A stretch of 64,000 nucleotides of DNA from Carpediemonas membranifera BICM (lineage: Eukaryota; Protista; Fornicata): assembly GCA_019828565.1 (NCBI GenBank), contig JAHDYR010000015.1, positions 111,826-175,825 on the forward strand. The letters run 5' to 3'. Under the pieces are notes generated by a model. It made no database searches. It was given only the letters and a program-made list of their open reading frames with translations, and had not been told where the DNA came from. Position 1 is the stretch's first letter; each line of letters starts with the position of its first letter. The position numbers were made by a program, and so were the translations under genes. Below are positions 11,601 to 21,396 of the stretch, piece after piece.

Positions 11601-12378
11601 CTCTGAGTGGTCAATTTTGCCACGTCTTCCTCATTAAAAATGATTTTCCCCACACACCAGTCAGGCCCAGACGTCGCCAGTCTTGGCACGGGCATGAGTC
11701 GGGCGACCGAGCCCCAAGGCATGGGGACTGCGATTCAAGGATGGTTGAGTCAAGCACTGGAGCAACGCGACGTGAGTCTCACCCCAGCCCGGTCACTCCC
11801 GGGTGGGCGTGGTCCGGGTGTGCCAAGAATACAGTCACAGCACAGTGAGGATTCGCCCTGGATCTCCCGCGGCATGGGTGGTTCCGCACTTGTGACTCGA
11901 GCAGTCCAATAAGAAATGTGGTTGGCAAGTTCATTCCAGAAGAAGCTCAAGAAGGGCCGATACCCGTCATTAAACATTATGTTACCATTTCTATTTGGCC
12001 TGTTTGGCTTGTGCTCAGGGCGAACACACAGTGTCAAATGGGTCGGCTCCCACCACATGATCAGGGCCAGTTTCGGCCACGAATTTGTCCGGCGATACGA
12101 TTCTGGGTCAGGCTTGGAGTCTTTGTTGTTTGTCATCGACTCGAGACCCATGCTTAGCTGTAACTGTGTCACCATTTTTTTCTGAAAAAGAATACAACTA
12201 ACCAACTGAGCATTCATCGCTGTGGTTCGTGTACGGCAGTGATTGAAGACGCAGATGCTCTCAAATGATGTCTTCACTTCGCCTTGATTCTCCATTCCGT
12301 CTCTGGATCGGCCTCTTCTTGGTGCCGAGCTAAACAACATCAATCAGGTGCACCGACGGGACCCTGGAGCGGCAACAA

Positions 12379-12695
12379 GGTAAGTCCGCCACCATCTAAT
12401 GATGTCACATCCTAGCTGTGCGCTACGGCGTCTTCGGACTCGTGGTATTGCATTGGCCTCTGGCCCTTGCTGCACACCGGGACATCCGCGCCACCTTACA
12501 CGGCGCGGAACCCGGCTTCTAGCTAGGAGCGCGCGGGCGGTGTGTGACTGCCGCGCGGACATCAGATGGACCTAGGACAGTGAGCCTAGATGATACACTT
12601 GGACGACCCAGCAGCTGCTGGCGGTTGGTGAGTGTATGCGGGAGGGCAAACCCGCGGCGTGGAGCCCCCATCGGAGTCATACCCATGGGGGGTCA
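12379..12695 (+). ncRNA. Candidate highly structured non-coding RNA (identity unresolved)
   Basis: About ten mutually compatible nested stems, a cUUCGg tetraloop (12430-12439) and G-U pairs favouring the + strand, with no credible ORF. See findings. Confidence 0.5.
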
Positions 12696-13172
12696 TTTTC
12701 GTCCGAAAATTCCATTTGCCAGAATTGCCATCATGTGATGCGAGTCCGCTCTTGCCGCACAGCTGCGCATTATTCATCGCTCAACTATCCAAGCGTTGAC
12801 TTGGCTGCAAGGCGCTTATCGGACCGTTCTTACTTATCGTTTTCTAACAATGTCACCGTTTATTGTCTGCACTATTGCTGCCCTCCAGGCAAAGCAACAC
12901 GAACAGCTTTATGATCATTACCACCACTGTGTGGGCTGCCTGCTTCCAGACGCCCCGACTCAGACGTCCGGCCGCAGACGTCCAACTGGGTGCGGCTCAG
13001 GCGGACAACGGTGACACATGCGAGGATGGCAGACGAAGGAGAGGGCAAGTCGCCTGTTACTTACCCATCGTTTGTTGCATAAACGGTGATATCCTGAATG
13101 TCTCCAAATCTGGCGATATGTGTTCGACTTTTCGCAGATTATGTGACGAGTGCTTTCTTGAGTGTTCACTCC

Positions 13173-14264
13173 ATGCTTGACAATTTGCTCACCGCTGACG
13201 CGAATGTCGCAAGTTTGGTTGCTACGATGCTAATGGTTGCTCTAGTTGTGGGCTCTGTGCTCGTTATTGCCCTATTTGCTCTTGTTTTGGGCGTCGCTGG
13301 CGCCCTTTTTGTCATCGTCATTCTGCTCTATTTCATTGTGGACCAGTTCACTGAGATATTCCGTAGACACGGCCCTTCTAGGAACGAGAACGTTATGGTT
13401 CCGAACAATCCATGCAGGACCCAGCTTGTGCACTATGCAGAGAAGCAAGTGAAGGTCCGGCAACGCATATGCATTGCTGAGTACCCGCGGAAGGGTTTGG
13501 ACTATGCGCCGTTCGAGGACGGCGAGATATACACCGGAAAGGTGAAGCCGCTGAAGAGGATGAGCCGCGTGCTCTGCAGCAAGCTCAACACCCCGGAGCA
13601 CCAGAGTAGCGCTGCGGCAAGGCTGGCCGCTGCTCATGCCCAGCATATGGCCAACATTATTGGCATCAGTCGCATTTACGGGTTCAGTGATTCCAAGAAG
13701 GAGAAGGCTCAGTTCATCTTCAAGGAGGAGGCTACCTGCAACCTCGAGGCCAGATTACCAAGCACCAGGTCGTTCCCCTGGGAGACCCGGCTTCAGATGG
13801 CCCGGGATGTAGCGACAACGATGGCCCAGGCGCACGCCCAGGGGTTGACCCACGGCAACCTCTGCGGGACCACAATTCTTGTATTTAACGACCACGCCAA
13901 GATCGACGACTTCGGAATCGACCCAAAACCTGGCATCAAGGACCTTCGCGCCCACGACGTCGAGCAGTTCGGCCGTGTGTTCTGGCGTGTGGTCTATCGC
14001 AAGCCCATCCCGTACAGCCCTGCCGACATGGTGCTGCCCCCGCCCGAGGGTTGCCCAGAGGTTCTCCACCGCGCAGTCATGGCATGCGTCTCACCCGAGA
14101 AGCCCGACTTCACCACAGTCTGCCGGATTCTCGGCGCTGCCACTCTCAGGTCGGCCCCACCAGCGCAGGTCGGCCCATACCAGACAGCTCCGCCCCAGCC
14201 GATGAACCCGTATGGGTCGCCGTACAGCGGGCAGCCGGGGCCCAACAGCCAATGCCGCGTGTAA
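13173..14264 (+). CDS. Membrane-anchored pseudokinase (TKL-like fold)
   Basis: Long N-terminal hydrophobic stretch, WETRLQMARDVA, HGNL in place of HRD, KIDDFG, DVEQFG and a Pro/Tyr-rich tail. Start is uncertain. Confidence 0.7.
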   Translation: MLDNLLTADANVASLVATMLMVALVVGSVLVIALFALVLGVAGALFVIVILLYFIVDQFTEIFRRHGPSRNENVMVPNNPCRTQLVHYAEKQVKVRQRICIAEYPRKGLDYAPFEDGEIYTGKVKPLKRMSRVLCSKLNTPEHQSSAAARLAAAHAQHMANIIGISRIYGFSDSKKEKAQFIFKEEATCNLEARLPSTRSFPWETRLQMARDVATTMAQAHAQGLTHGNLCGTTILVFNDHAKIDDFGIDPKPGIKDLRAHDVEQFGRVFWRVVYRKPIPYSPADMVLPPPEGCPEVLHRAVMACVSPEKPDFTTVCRILGAATLRSAPPAQVGPYQTAPPQPMNPYGSPYSGQPGPNSQCRV

Positions 14265-14303
14265 AAGCAGGAACCATTGAAGGCAATGAGGCGTGTGCTT
14301 CGG

Positions 14304-15662
14304 ACTAGTGTCTCCAAGCCGATACGAGGGTTGTGCTGCGCAGGATTAGAATTGTTGAGTCCAAAACTCACAGTGATCCGAGCAGCATCAGGATCGCAGT
14401 GTGGTTCATCATACTCTATCAATCGTGCGCTGCATATCACGCGCGCTGCAGCGCGTGCTTGCTCAACTTAGCAAGTTAATGATAGCGAGGAAGCACCTCT
14501 CTGGGAGTCGTAGTGGAAAGGAGATTGCTCTATCTGATCTGAAGTTGCATCGTAGGTGCACCAAAGGATGTTCTCGCTGGCGCTCTTATCTCGGTGAGAG
14601 AGATTGAGAAGTATGTCTCTCTGCTCGGGATGCCGACGTAGCCGTTCAACGCGCCATGGAGCTCCCTCGCACGCGGGATTCTGGCAGAGCATGGTGCGGT
14701 GTGTGTGCACCACACGTCTGAAGTGTGCTTTGCAGTATGGGCACACGATTGAAGTGCGGAATTCCGAGACCATCGTGACACTCACGACGACGTTGTGCCG
14801 GAGCATGATGCCAGGGAGAGCTCGAGCAAAGTGGCGGTACGGAGCACAGGAGGGAGTGCCGGCGGAACCGAACAGTGCAGCCACATACGCGACTTCGATG
14901 TGAATGGGCTCCGGGGGGCGCCCGCCGAGATCATCCAGGAGTTGACGTCCAGCCCGGGCGAAGTGCTTCAGGCGCAGACAGTGATTGGCAAAACTCGCAC
15001 GGCGGAAACACTTTCTCGTCCCCTCGTTGATGATCTGAACGATGTTCTCATGGAGCGGACGCACCCGTTCTAACCCAGCACGAAGACGGGTCAGGTACCC
15101 GGGTGACGCGCGCGAGAGCCAGACCCGGGTGGCTGTGGAGTACTCACCCAACCAGCAGTGCTGCAATTCCAACGTAGGCTTCCCTGAAGTCCTGGACGAG
15201 TGGGGTTATGTCAGGGTCCCTCCACATCGCCAGGTCGCCAATCCACCTGCACCGATCCGCTGCCTTTGCCTTCGACACCTTTTGCTGAGCAATGCTGACG
15301 ATCTGCGCGAGGACCTCCTGGTCGAACAGGTTGACTGTCCTCGGTGGGGTCAACGCGTGCGCAGATGCAAAGACGCACGCAAGCAGGCAAGTGAATGTGT
15401 ACTTAGCCTGCGTGAAAGAACGCATGCCGGGTTCAAGGTTTCCTCACCGCGGCGCGTTGTTATCGCCTCCGTTAATCTCGCCAATGGCCTTGTTAACGGA
15501 AGCCTTCACCTTGGAAGGCATTGGAGTCTATTGAGCTGCATGCATCGATCATTTCTTTTCAGGGTTCATCAGCTGGCAGCATCCCTCAAAACACAAGAAA
15601 CCAGCATCATACAACACAAAGCGTCTTTACTACTAGTTACAACCGCTTTCCACTAGTGTCTC
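14304..15662 (-). mobile_element. Degenerate, internally deleted Fanzor (eukaryotic TnpB-like) element
   Basis: ORF 14468-15172(-) has VAYVAALFG..APYRHF, VSEFRTSIVCPYC, CQNPAC and HRDKSASENIL (RuvC-II, Zn finger, RuvC-III). An upstream fragment 15144-15425 is in another frame. An 11-bp direct repeat ACTAGTGTCTC lies at 14304-14314 and 15652-15662. Confidence 0.7.
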
Positions 15663-15944
15663 TCACAACAGACTAAGATGACGAAGACGACGACGACATG
15701 AGCTTCAGACGCCGGCAATGGACGACAGATGAGCGCGTAACAGACGAGCACAGACGCGAAAGAAGACAGCAGCGTTCGACACAGACGACGCATCTTTTCG
15801 TGCAGACCGACGACTGAAAGCACGAAAGCCCGATGGTACAGACGAGGGCTGAAGTGGGCGAGTGGAGGTAGTGTGCTGCGCAGGAGACCACGAGGGTGAA
15901 TACATAAACTGCACATAGCGCGCTATTACTTTCCAGCTACCACG

Positions 15945-17300
15945 ATGGTCCGCCTGATTTTGAAACCTTTAACCGATGATTGTGAGGAATTTGTCATTGA
16001 GCAAGGAAAGACAGAGACCATCGGCCGCCAGAAGGCTGGTATTGCCTCGAAACGCGTCTCCCGTAACCACATGGAGATCCAATTCACTTCAGAGGGGCAG
16101 ATTTTTATCAACCGGCTTGGCGCCAATCCATCCGAGCTTGATGGCGAGATTCTTCCCCGTAACGAGGAGACTGAAGCCGGCTTTGGCCAGACTCTCGCCA
16201 TACTACGCGGGGAGATGCAGTTCAAGCTCACCGTAGACCCTCCGCCAGAGGAAGACGAGGATACGGAGGTTGAGGAGGATGCCGCCGCTGTCAGCGTCGC
16301 CGCCGTCTCCAAGAAGGCCAAGCAGACGAGCAAACGAGCCAAGGTGAACGACAACGACGACTGGAAGCCCGGTCAGCATGGGCGGGACGCGGACCTGTCC
16401 GACTTTGTAGTGAGCGACGACGAGGTCGAGGAGGTCTCGGACTACTCGCCCCGGTCGCCGCGGACACAGACGGTTGACGGCAAGCCCGTGTGCAAGTACG
16501 GCAAGGGCTGCTACAGAAAGAACCCCGTGCACTTCCAGGAGTTCGCCCACCCCTGGCTGGACGACGAGCAGGATAAGATGACGGTGCTCTCCCACAAGGA
16601 TCTCAAGGGGGCCAGGGGACAGGCCAAGAGCCAGAGCCAGCGCGTGCCTCTCTCAGAGTCGCAGACAGACGGGTTTACATCCCCAGCCTCACCCACGATC
16701 AAGCCGGCCGCCGGGCCCAAGCTGTCGCTCAAGCCCCGGTCGCAGCCGAGGCCCAAGACACCCCCGCCCCAGCCAGTCCCCCAGAGGACGGAACACACCG
16801 TATTAGCACTCAAGGAGAACGCTAAGAAGCCTGTGGAGGTCCGGACCAGCACGGGACCCAGGGAGACCAGGGGCACCGTCGCCGTGGAGGCCGGGGCCAC
16901 CGTGATCGTCGTGCCCGCGGGCCCGCGCTTGGACGAGACGGTCTCATTCTCCACTGAGCTTGCGGCGATCGGGCTGAAGCCCATCGTAGTGACCAAATCG
17001 ACTCCCCCCGAAGTCGACGGTGTTTCCTTCCGACCAGGTCCGATTCGGTCAATCCGTGGGTCAACGCTGGTCCTCCCGTTATCCGGCATGGGCATGCTTG
17101 GCTTCGACCCCGTCTCTCTCGAGCTGGCGGCCATGCTCCCCCAGCTGCCCGGAGCCGCGGGGGAGGAGGTCTCCGTCGTCTCTGCCGTCGGGTCGCATAT
17201 TCACACCGAGTGCGGGGTTAGCGCGCTCTTTGGGGCGGTGGACGGAGCTAGGAAGGGCTATGGCGCCGTGTTGGAGGCGATTAAGAAGGCCTTGGCGTGA
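15945..17300 (+). CDS. FHA + PBZ zinc-finger protein (APLF/aprataxin-PNK-like factor)
   Basis: N-terminal FHA (IGR...KRVSRNH...LGANPS) and PBZ motif CKYGKGCYRKNPVHFQEFAHP. Confidence 0.8.
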   Translation: MVRLILKPLTDDCEEFVIEQGKTETIGRQKAGIASKRVSRNHMEIQFTSEGQIFINRLGANPSELDGEILPRNEETEAGFGQTLAILRGEMQFKLTVDPPPEEDEDTEVEEDAAAVSVAAVSKKAKQTSKRAKVNDNDDWKPGQHGRDADLSDFVVSDDEVEEVSDYSPRSPRTQTVDGKPVCKYGKGCYRKNPVHFQEFAHPWLDDEQDKMTVLSHKDLKGARGQAKSQSQRVPLSESQTDGFTSPASPTIKPAAGPKLSLKPRSQPRPKTPPPQPVPQRTEHTVLALKENAKKPVEVRTSTGPRETRGTVAVEAGATVIVVPAGPRLDETVSFSTELAAIGLKPIVVTKSTPPEVDGVSFRPGPIRSIRGSTLVLPLSGMGMLGFDPVSLELAAMLPQLPGAAGEEVSVVSAVGSHIHTECGVSALFGAVDGARKGYGAVLEAIKKALA

Positions 17301-17520
17301 TTTGATTCACTCAAATAAAGAGTGCGCCGGCCGCCAGTCTGCAAAGTGCTTACAGAGGCGAGTAAATCATGGGCTGGGGTCGAATCAGCGAATCGTAATT
17401 AGATTCGCTGGCTGTCGAATAGGCGCCACACCAGTGACACGCGACACTGTAACGCAACTCGGTTCAAAAAAGTTTATATCTAGCCATAACCTATTATAAC
17501 GCCCCAGCTGGCCCCATCCT

Positions 17521-17820
17521 CTAGCTCCGGAGCCGGAGCTCGACGTCCTGGGCCCGGTCAGTGAGGAAGGCGGCGTTGGTGAGGAGGATGTCCAGCTCGG
17601 CGGTGTCGAAGTCCGCAATGATCTTCGAAGAGTGCTCTGTAACGAGTGTTGCGCTTGTGGCATCCAGTTCCCGCTCATTGTTGGCAATTGAGATGTCCTT
17701 GATCAAAGGGATGTTCTTCTCAATGTTTTCACCAACTCTGAAGAGTCCAACGCTCGGGACCTCATACATGCTTCTCAATCCTTCGTGGATTGCATTCAAT
17801 CCTGTCTGAAAGCTCGCCAT
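17521..17820 (-). CDS. BORCS8: BLOC-1-related complex subunit 8 (BORCS8/MEF2BNB)-like
   Basis: EVPSVGLFRVGENIEKNIP resembles the family motif EPSVGLYxxQEHVxxxxP. Small helical protein. Confidence 0.65.
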   Translation of the reverse strand: MASFQTGLNAIHEGLRSMYEVPSVGLFRVGENIEKNIPLIKDISIANNERELDATSATLVTEHSSKIIADFDTAELDILLTNAAFLTDRAQDVELRLRS

Positions 17821-17878
17821 CGTGTCGATTCTTCTTTGGATCGTGTCTTGACGCTTGTTGAAATACCAGAACGAAGAA

Positions 17879-19095
17879 ATGCCTGCTCAACACGTTGCAA
17901 AGAGTATCAAGGAAGGAGAGGTTTATTGGACCGAGTTTGATTTCCTGGAGTCCTTCATGCAGGACGCTTTCCAGCGTATCGGTGTCCCCGAGGAGGATGC
18001 CAAGACTTGTGCCGACATCCTCATCCAGGCGGACAAGCGCGGTGTTGACAGCCACGGTGTTGGCCGTTTCAAGACCATCTACTACGGTACGTCCCTTTGT
18101 CCGTTTCATGCATTCATTCATTGAACTTGATCCGGCTCCATCCACCTCACACAGACCGCATCGTCCACCAGAAGATCCAGCAGGCCGTCACCGAGTTCGA
18201 GATCGTCAAGGACTTCGCTGCCACCGCCGTCGTAGACGGGCACCACGGTATGGGCATGCCCATCTCTAAGCGCTGTATGCAGATGGCCATCGACAAGGCA
18301 CGCCAGTACGGCGTCGGCGTCGTCGTCACCCGCAACAGCACGCACTACGGCTACGCTGCCGCCTACCCCCTCATGGCTGTCGAGCAGGGCATGATCGGCC
18401 TCACTGCCACCAACGCGCGCCCCTCGATCCCCCCGACCCACGGCGTGGAGAACATGCTTGGCACCAACCCCATGTGCTTCGGCTTCCCCACCGACGACGG
18501 CATCCCATTCACCAACGACTACGCCACGTCCATCATCCAGCGCGGCCGCATCGAGAAGTATGCCCGCGACGGGGTCGCCGTGCCGCCCGGCCTCGTCATC
18601 GGGCCGGACGGGTCCTACCTCACCGACCCTGCCGACATCCTCAAGAAGCTCGTCTCTGGCGAGGCCGCCTGCTGCCCCATCGGCGGGTCCGGCGAAGAGA
18701 CTGGCGGGTACAAGGGCTACGGGTTCGCTACCGTCGTCGAGGTGCTCTCCGCCTCCCTCCAGCAGGGCGCGTTCCTCAAGGCTCTGACGAACCTCGACAC
18801 TGAGGGCAACCTCAAACCCTACGCCCTCGGCCACTTCTTCATGGCGATTGACATCTCCAAGTTCTGCGACGTGGAACTGTTCAAGAAGACCACCGGGGAT
18901 ATCATGCGCGAGCTGAGGAATAGCAAGAAGGCTCCTGGTGCCGACCGCATCTACACTTGCGGCGAGAAGGAGATTGACGCCACCCACGAGCGTGAGGGCA
19001 AGGGAGCTCCCATCGGCCGCGTCCTTCAGCAGCAGCTCAACGAGGTCAAGAAGGACCTTGGCATGGATGACTACGTGTTCCCCTGGGAGGAGTAA
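17879..19095 (+). CDS. Type-2 malate/L-lactate dehydrogenase (Ldh_2 family); exons 17879-18086 and 18155-19095, 68-nt intron
   Basis: ADKRGVDSHGV, NSTHYG, LGTNP and GGYKGYG motifs. Removing GTACGT...CTCACACAG restores YYDRIV. Confidence 0.9.
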
Positions 19096-19380
19096 AGCTA
19101 GTTTTGAACGCTGTTTATTTATTTCGGCGCTCCTGCCTGACATGGCCCCGAGTTAGTCGGTTCATGATGCCGTGCTGAGCATATGAGGTAGCCTGCGGGG
19201 CCGGTCTTGACGCGGAGGTCGACCCGGCCGGTTTGACAACTTGGGATCCCAGAGAACGAAGAAGAAGAGGCCAGACCGATATTCCGCAGGAGTAGCCCCA
19301 CACAGGCCCAGGGCGCTCCTATCGGCGGGGTCTTGTGTGATTACTGATGGATTGATCGATTCGAATTTCGACATTCATCC

Positions 19381-21312
19381 ATGCATCTCAGTGTAGCGCC
19401 TCCTCCAGGCTCAGCAAGCAACGAACCATTCCAAATAGAGGTATCAAACGATGCTAACTGCGGCGTGATCCGCGAGGCGATTCGTGGACACCTTAACAGC
19501 TCGCAAGACTTTCATATGATTCACCAGGGACAGCAGCTTCGCGACGAGACGCCAATCAGCCAAACTCGGCTTCAGGAAGGCGATCGCATTCACACGGTCA
19601 CCCGGTTCATCCCCTCGTCGCGCCAGGCGGAGACGGGGCCGATGACACCACCCGCTGCCCCAGCAGGCCCGGATGGCGAACGCGTGGCCCATGTAACGTT
19701 CCAGATGCCCACCGGATCCGACCAGACACCGCAACGCGTAATTGAGGGTCTGATGGCCAACATTGGCAACGCATTCCGCGGCATGCCCAACGCGAACGTC
19801 ATGAATCTAGGCCCAGGCATGTTTGGGGTCGGGAACTTCGGCCTCCCCGGCACACAGCAGCAGACGCCCGCCGCCGCCCAGTCCGGTGCGGACGTGGCCG
19901 TCGAGGTGGCTGCAACCCGCACTGGCGACGCGCAGCACAACGTCAGCGTCGACGGTGCACCCATCATGCGTCAGCTGTCCCAGGCCTTCCCCAACATGCC
20001 TGCTGCTGCGACCACCCGCCAGGCCCTCGACAACACGATCGTCGCCCTGACGGCCGTCACTCGTGACCTCGAGCGGCTGTCCGCGCAGCTCGGTGTCCAT
20101 GACGTCGACCCATCCGTTGACTCAGCCCGCTCCGTGGAGCAGTCCGCCGGGGCCGCCGTCCAGAAACTGAAGCACGTCGGTACGGCGGCGCTGCTGCTGC
20201 ACAACCAGCTCTGGCACACAGGCCCACAGGTCACCGCCCCGGAGAACGCGGACGCCCGCTGGCTCGACACGACCGGCCGTGCGCTGGCATCCCGCGTGCA
20301 GACGATGCTGCAGACGGACAGCCCCGACCGTGTCGTCCGGGCCCGAGTCCGCATGACGTTCGCGGGCCCCCAGCCCCAGCCCCAGAGCGAGTCGCAGCAG
20401 CAGCCGCAGTCGCAACCCCAGCAGCAGCAGCGGGTCGGCGTGGTGGACCAGCTGCTGGCCGCCGTCCTCGCTGCAGTGCCGTTCCCGTCGCTGATCCAGG
20501 TGCTGTCTGCGGGCCACCTCGCCGTCGTCCCCACGGGCAACGCCGCCCAGCCCGCTATCCGCGAGATCCTTGCCACCCACCCCGACCTCGTTGCCGCGGT
20601 AAGGGAGGACTTCGAGTCGGACCTGGACCCGGGTGCCCTGGGCCAGGTGCCCCCCGAGGACATAGAGACCCTCTCGAGGCACGCTGTCAACGCCGTCGTC
20701 TCCATGGTGCAGGCGATTGCGGCGGCCGAGGTCTCTGCTGCCACAGAGGTCCAGTGCGGCGCCACGTTCTTCGACTACATCCTCGCCGGCCAGGCGGAGC
20801 CCACCGTCGTCAGCATCGCCGGGCGCCACCTATTCGGTCTCATTGTCCGCCTCGCTCACGATGCCCCGCGCCTCTTTGAGAACCAGGACCTCCTCGCGGT
20901 CGTGCTGGGCGGCTTCCTCGGCTCTGACCAGCGGGATCTGTCAGCCGCCACGGGCCTCGTCGTCCGGGCGTTCCAGGACTTCCTCGCCCGTCTCCACGAG
21001 CGGGGCGTCACCGTGGACCACCCGATCGCCCAGTTCGGGTCGGAGCCTTGCCCCATCCCTACCTTGCGGCGCGAGCCTGAATCTGAACCTCAGCCCGAGC
21101 CCGAGCCTGAGGAGCTTGTGGCCGAGGACGAGGACGTCGATATGACGCCAGTACAGGAGCCCCCTGCCCCTGCTGCTGAGACAGACGTGTATTCGTGTCT
21201 GACGGCGGACGAGCGTTCAGTGTGGGAGCCGGCCGTCGAGGCGGACCGTGCGCTGATGGCCGGGCAGGATCACCCTGCGGGCAGCCGCATATACCAGACG
21301 GGGAAGGAGTAA
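19381..21312 (+). CDS. Ubiquitin-like domain protein, BAG6/Scythe-like
   Basis: N-terminal UBL (MIHQGQQLRDE...LQEGDRIHTV), low-complexity Q/P middle, and C-terminal W...VEAD...S..Y like the BAG6 BAGS region. Confidence 0.65.
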   Translation: MHLSVAPPPGSASNEPFQIEVSNDANCGVIREAIRGHLNSSQDFHMIHQGQQLRDETPISQTRLQEGDRIHTVTRFIPSSRQAETGPMTPPAAPAGPDGERVAHVTFQMPTGSDQTPQRVIEGLMANIGNAFRGMPNANVMNLGPGMFGVGNFGLPGTQQQTPAAAQSGADVAVEVAATRTGDAQHNVSVDGAPIMRQLSQAFPNMPAAATTRQALDNTIVALTAVTRDLERLSAQLGVHDVDPSVDSARSVEQSAGAAVQKLKHVGTAALLLHNQLWHTGPQVTAPENADARWLDTTGRALASRVQTMLQTDSPDRVVRARVRMTFAGPQPQPQSESQQQPQSQPQQQQRVGVVDQLLAAVLAAVPFPSLIQVLSAGHLAVVPTGNAAQPAIREILATHPDLVAAVREDFESDLDPGALGQVPPEDIETLSRHAVNAVVSMVQAIAAAEVSAATEVQCGATFFDYILAGQAEPTVVSIAGRHLFGLIVRLAHDAPRLFENQDLLAVVLGGFLGSDQRDLSAATGLVVRAFQDFLARLHERGVTVDHPIAQFGSEPCPIPTLRREPESEPQPEPEPEELVAEDEDVDMTPVQEPPAPAAETDVYSCLTADERSVWEPAVEADRALMAGQDHPAGSRIYQTGKE

Positions 21313-21396
21313 AGGATCTTTAGAGTGGTTCTTGCACTATTTCGAGCGTCGACGTCAAGTGCTCTATTCTGCACAATTGTCGGGCGACAGAGCGGC

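Noticed and set aside
12200-12385. ACTTACCT on the minus strand resembling the U1 snRNA 5' end, with a nearby TGCAC loop
   Set aside because: No convincing stem-loop I with a U1-70K loop, four-way junction or Sm site at the expected spacing.
15663-15850. GACGA/CAGAC-rich quasi-repeats
   Set aside because: Irregular low-complexity sequence with no constant repeat-spacer period. Not a CRISPR array or a definable tandem repeat.
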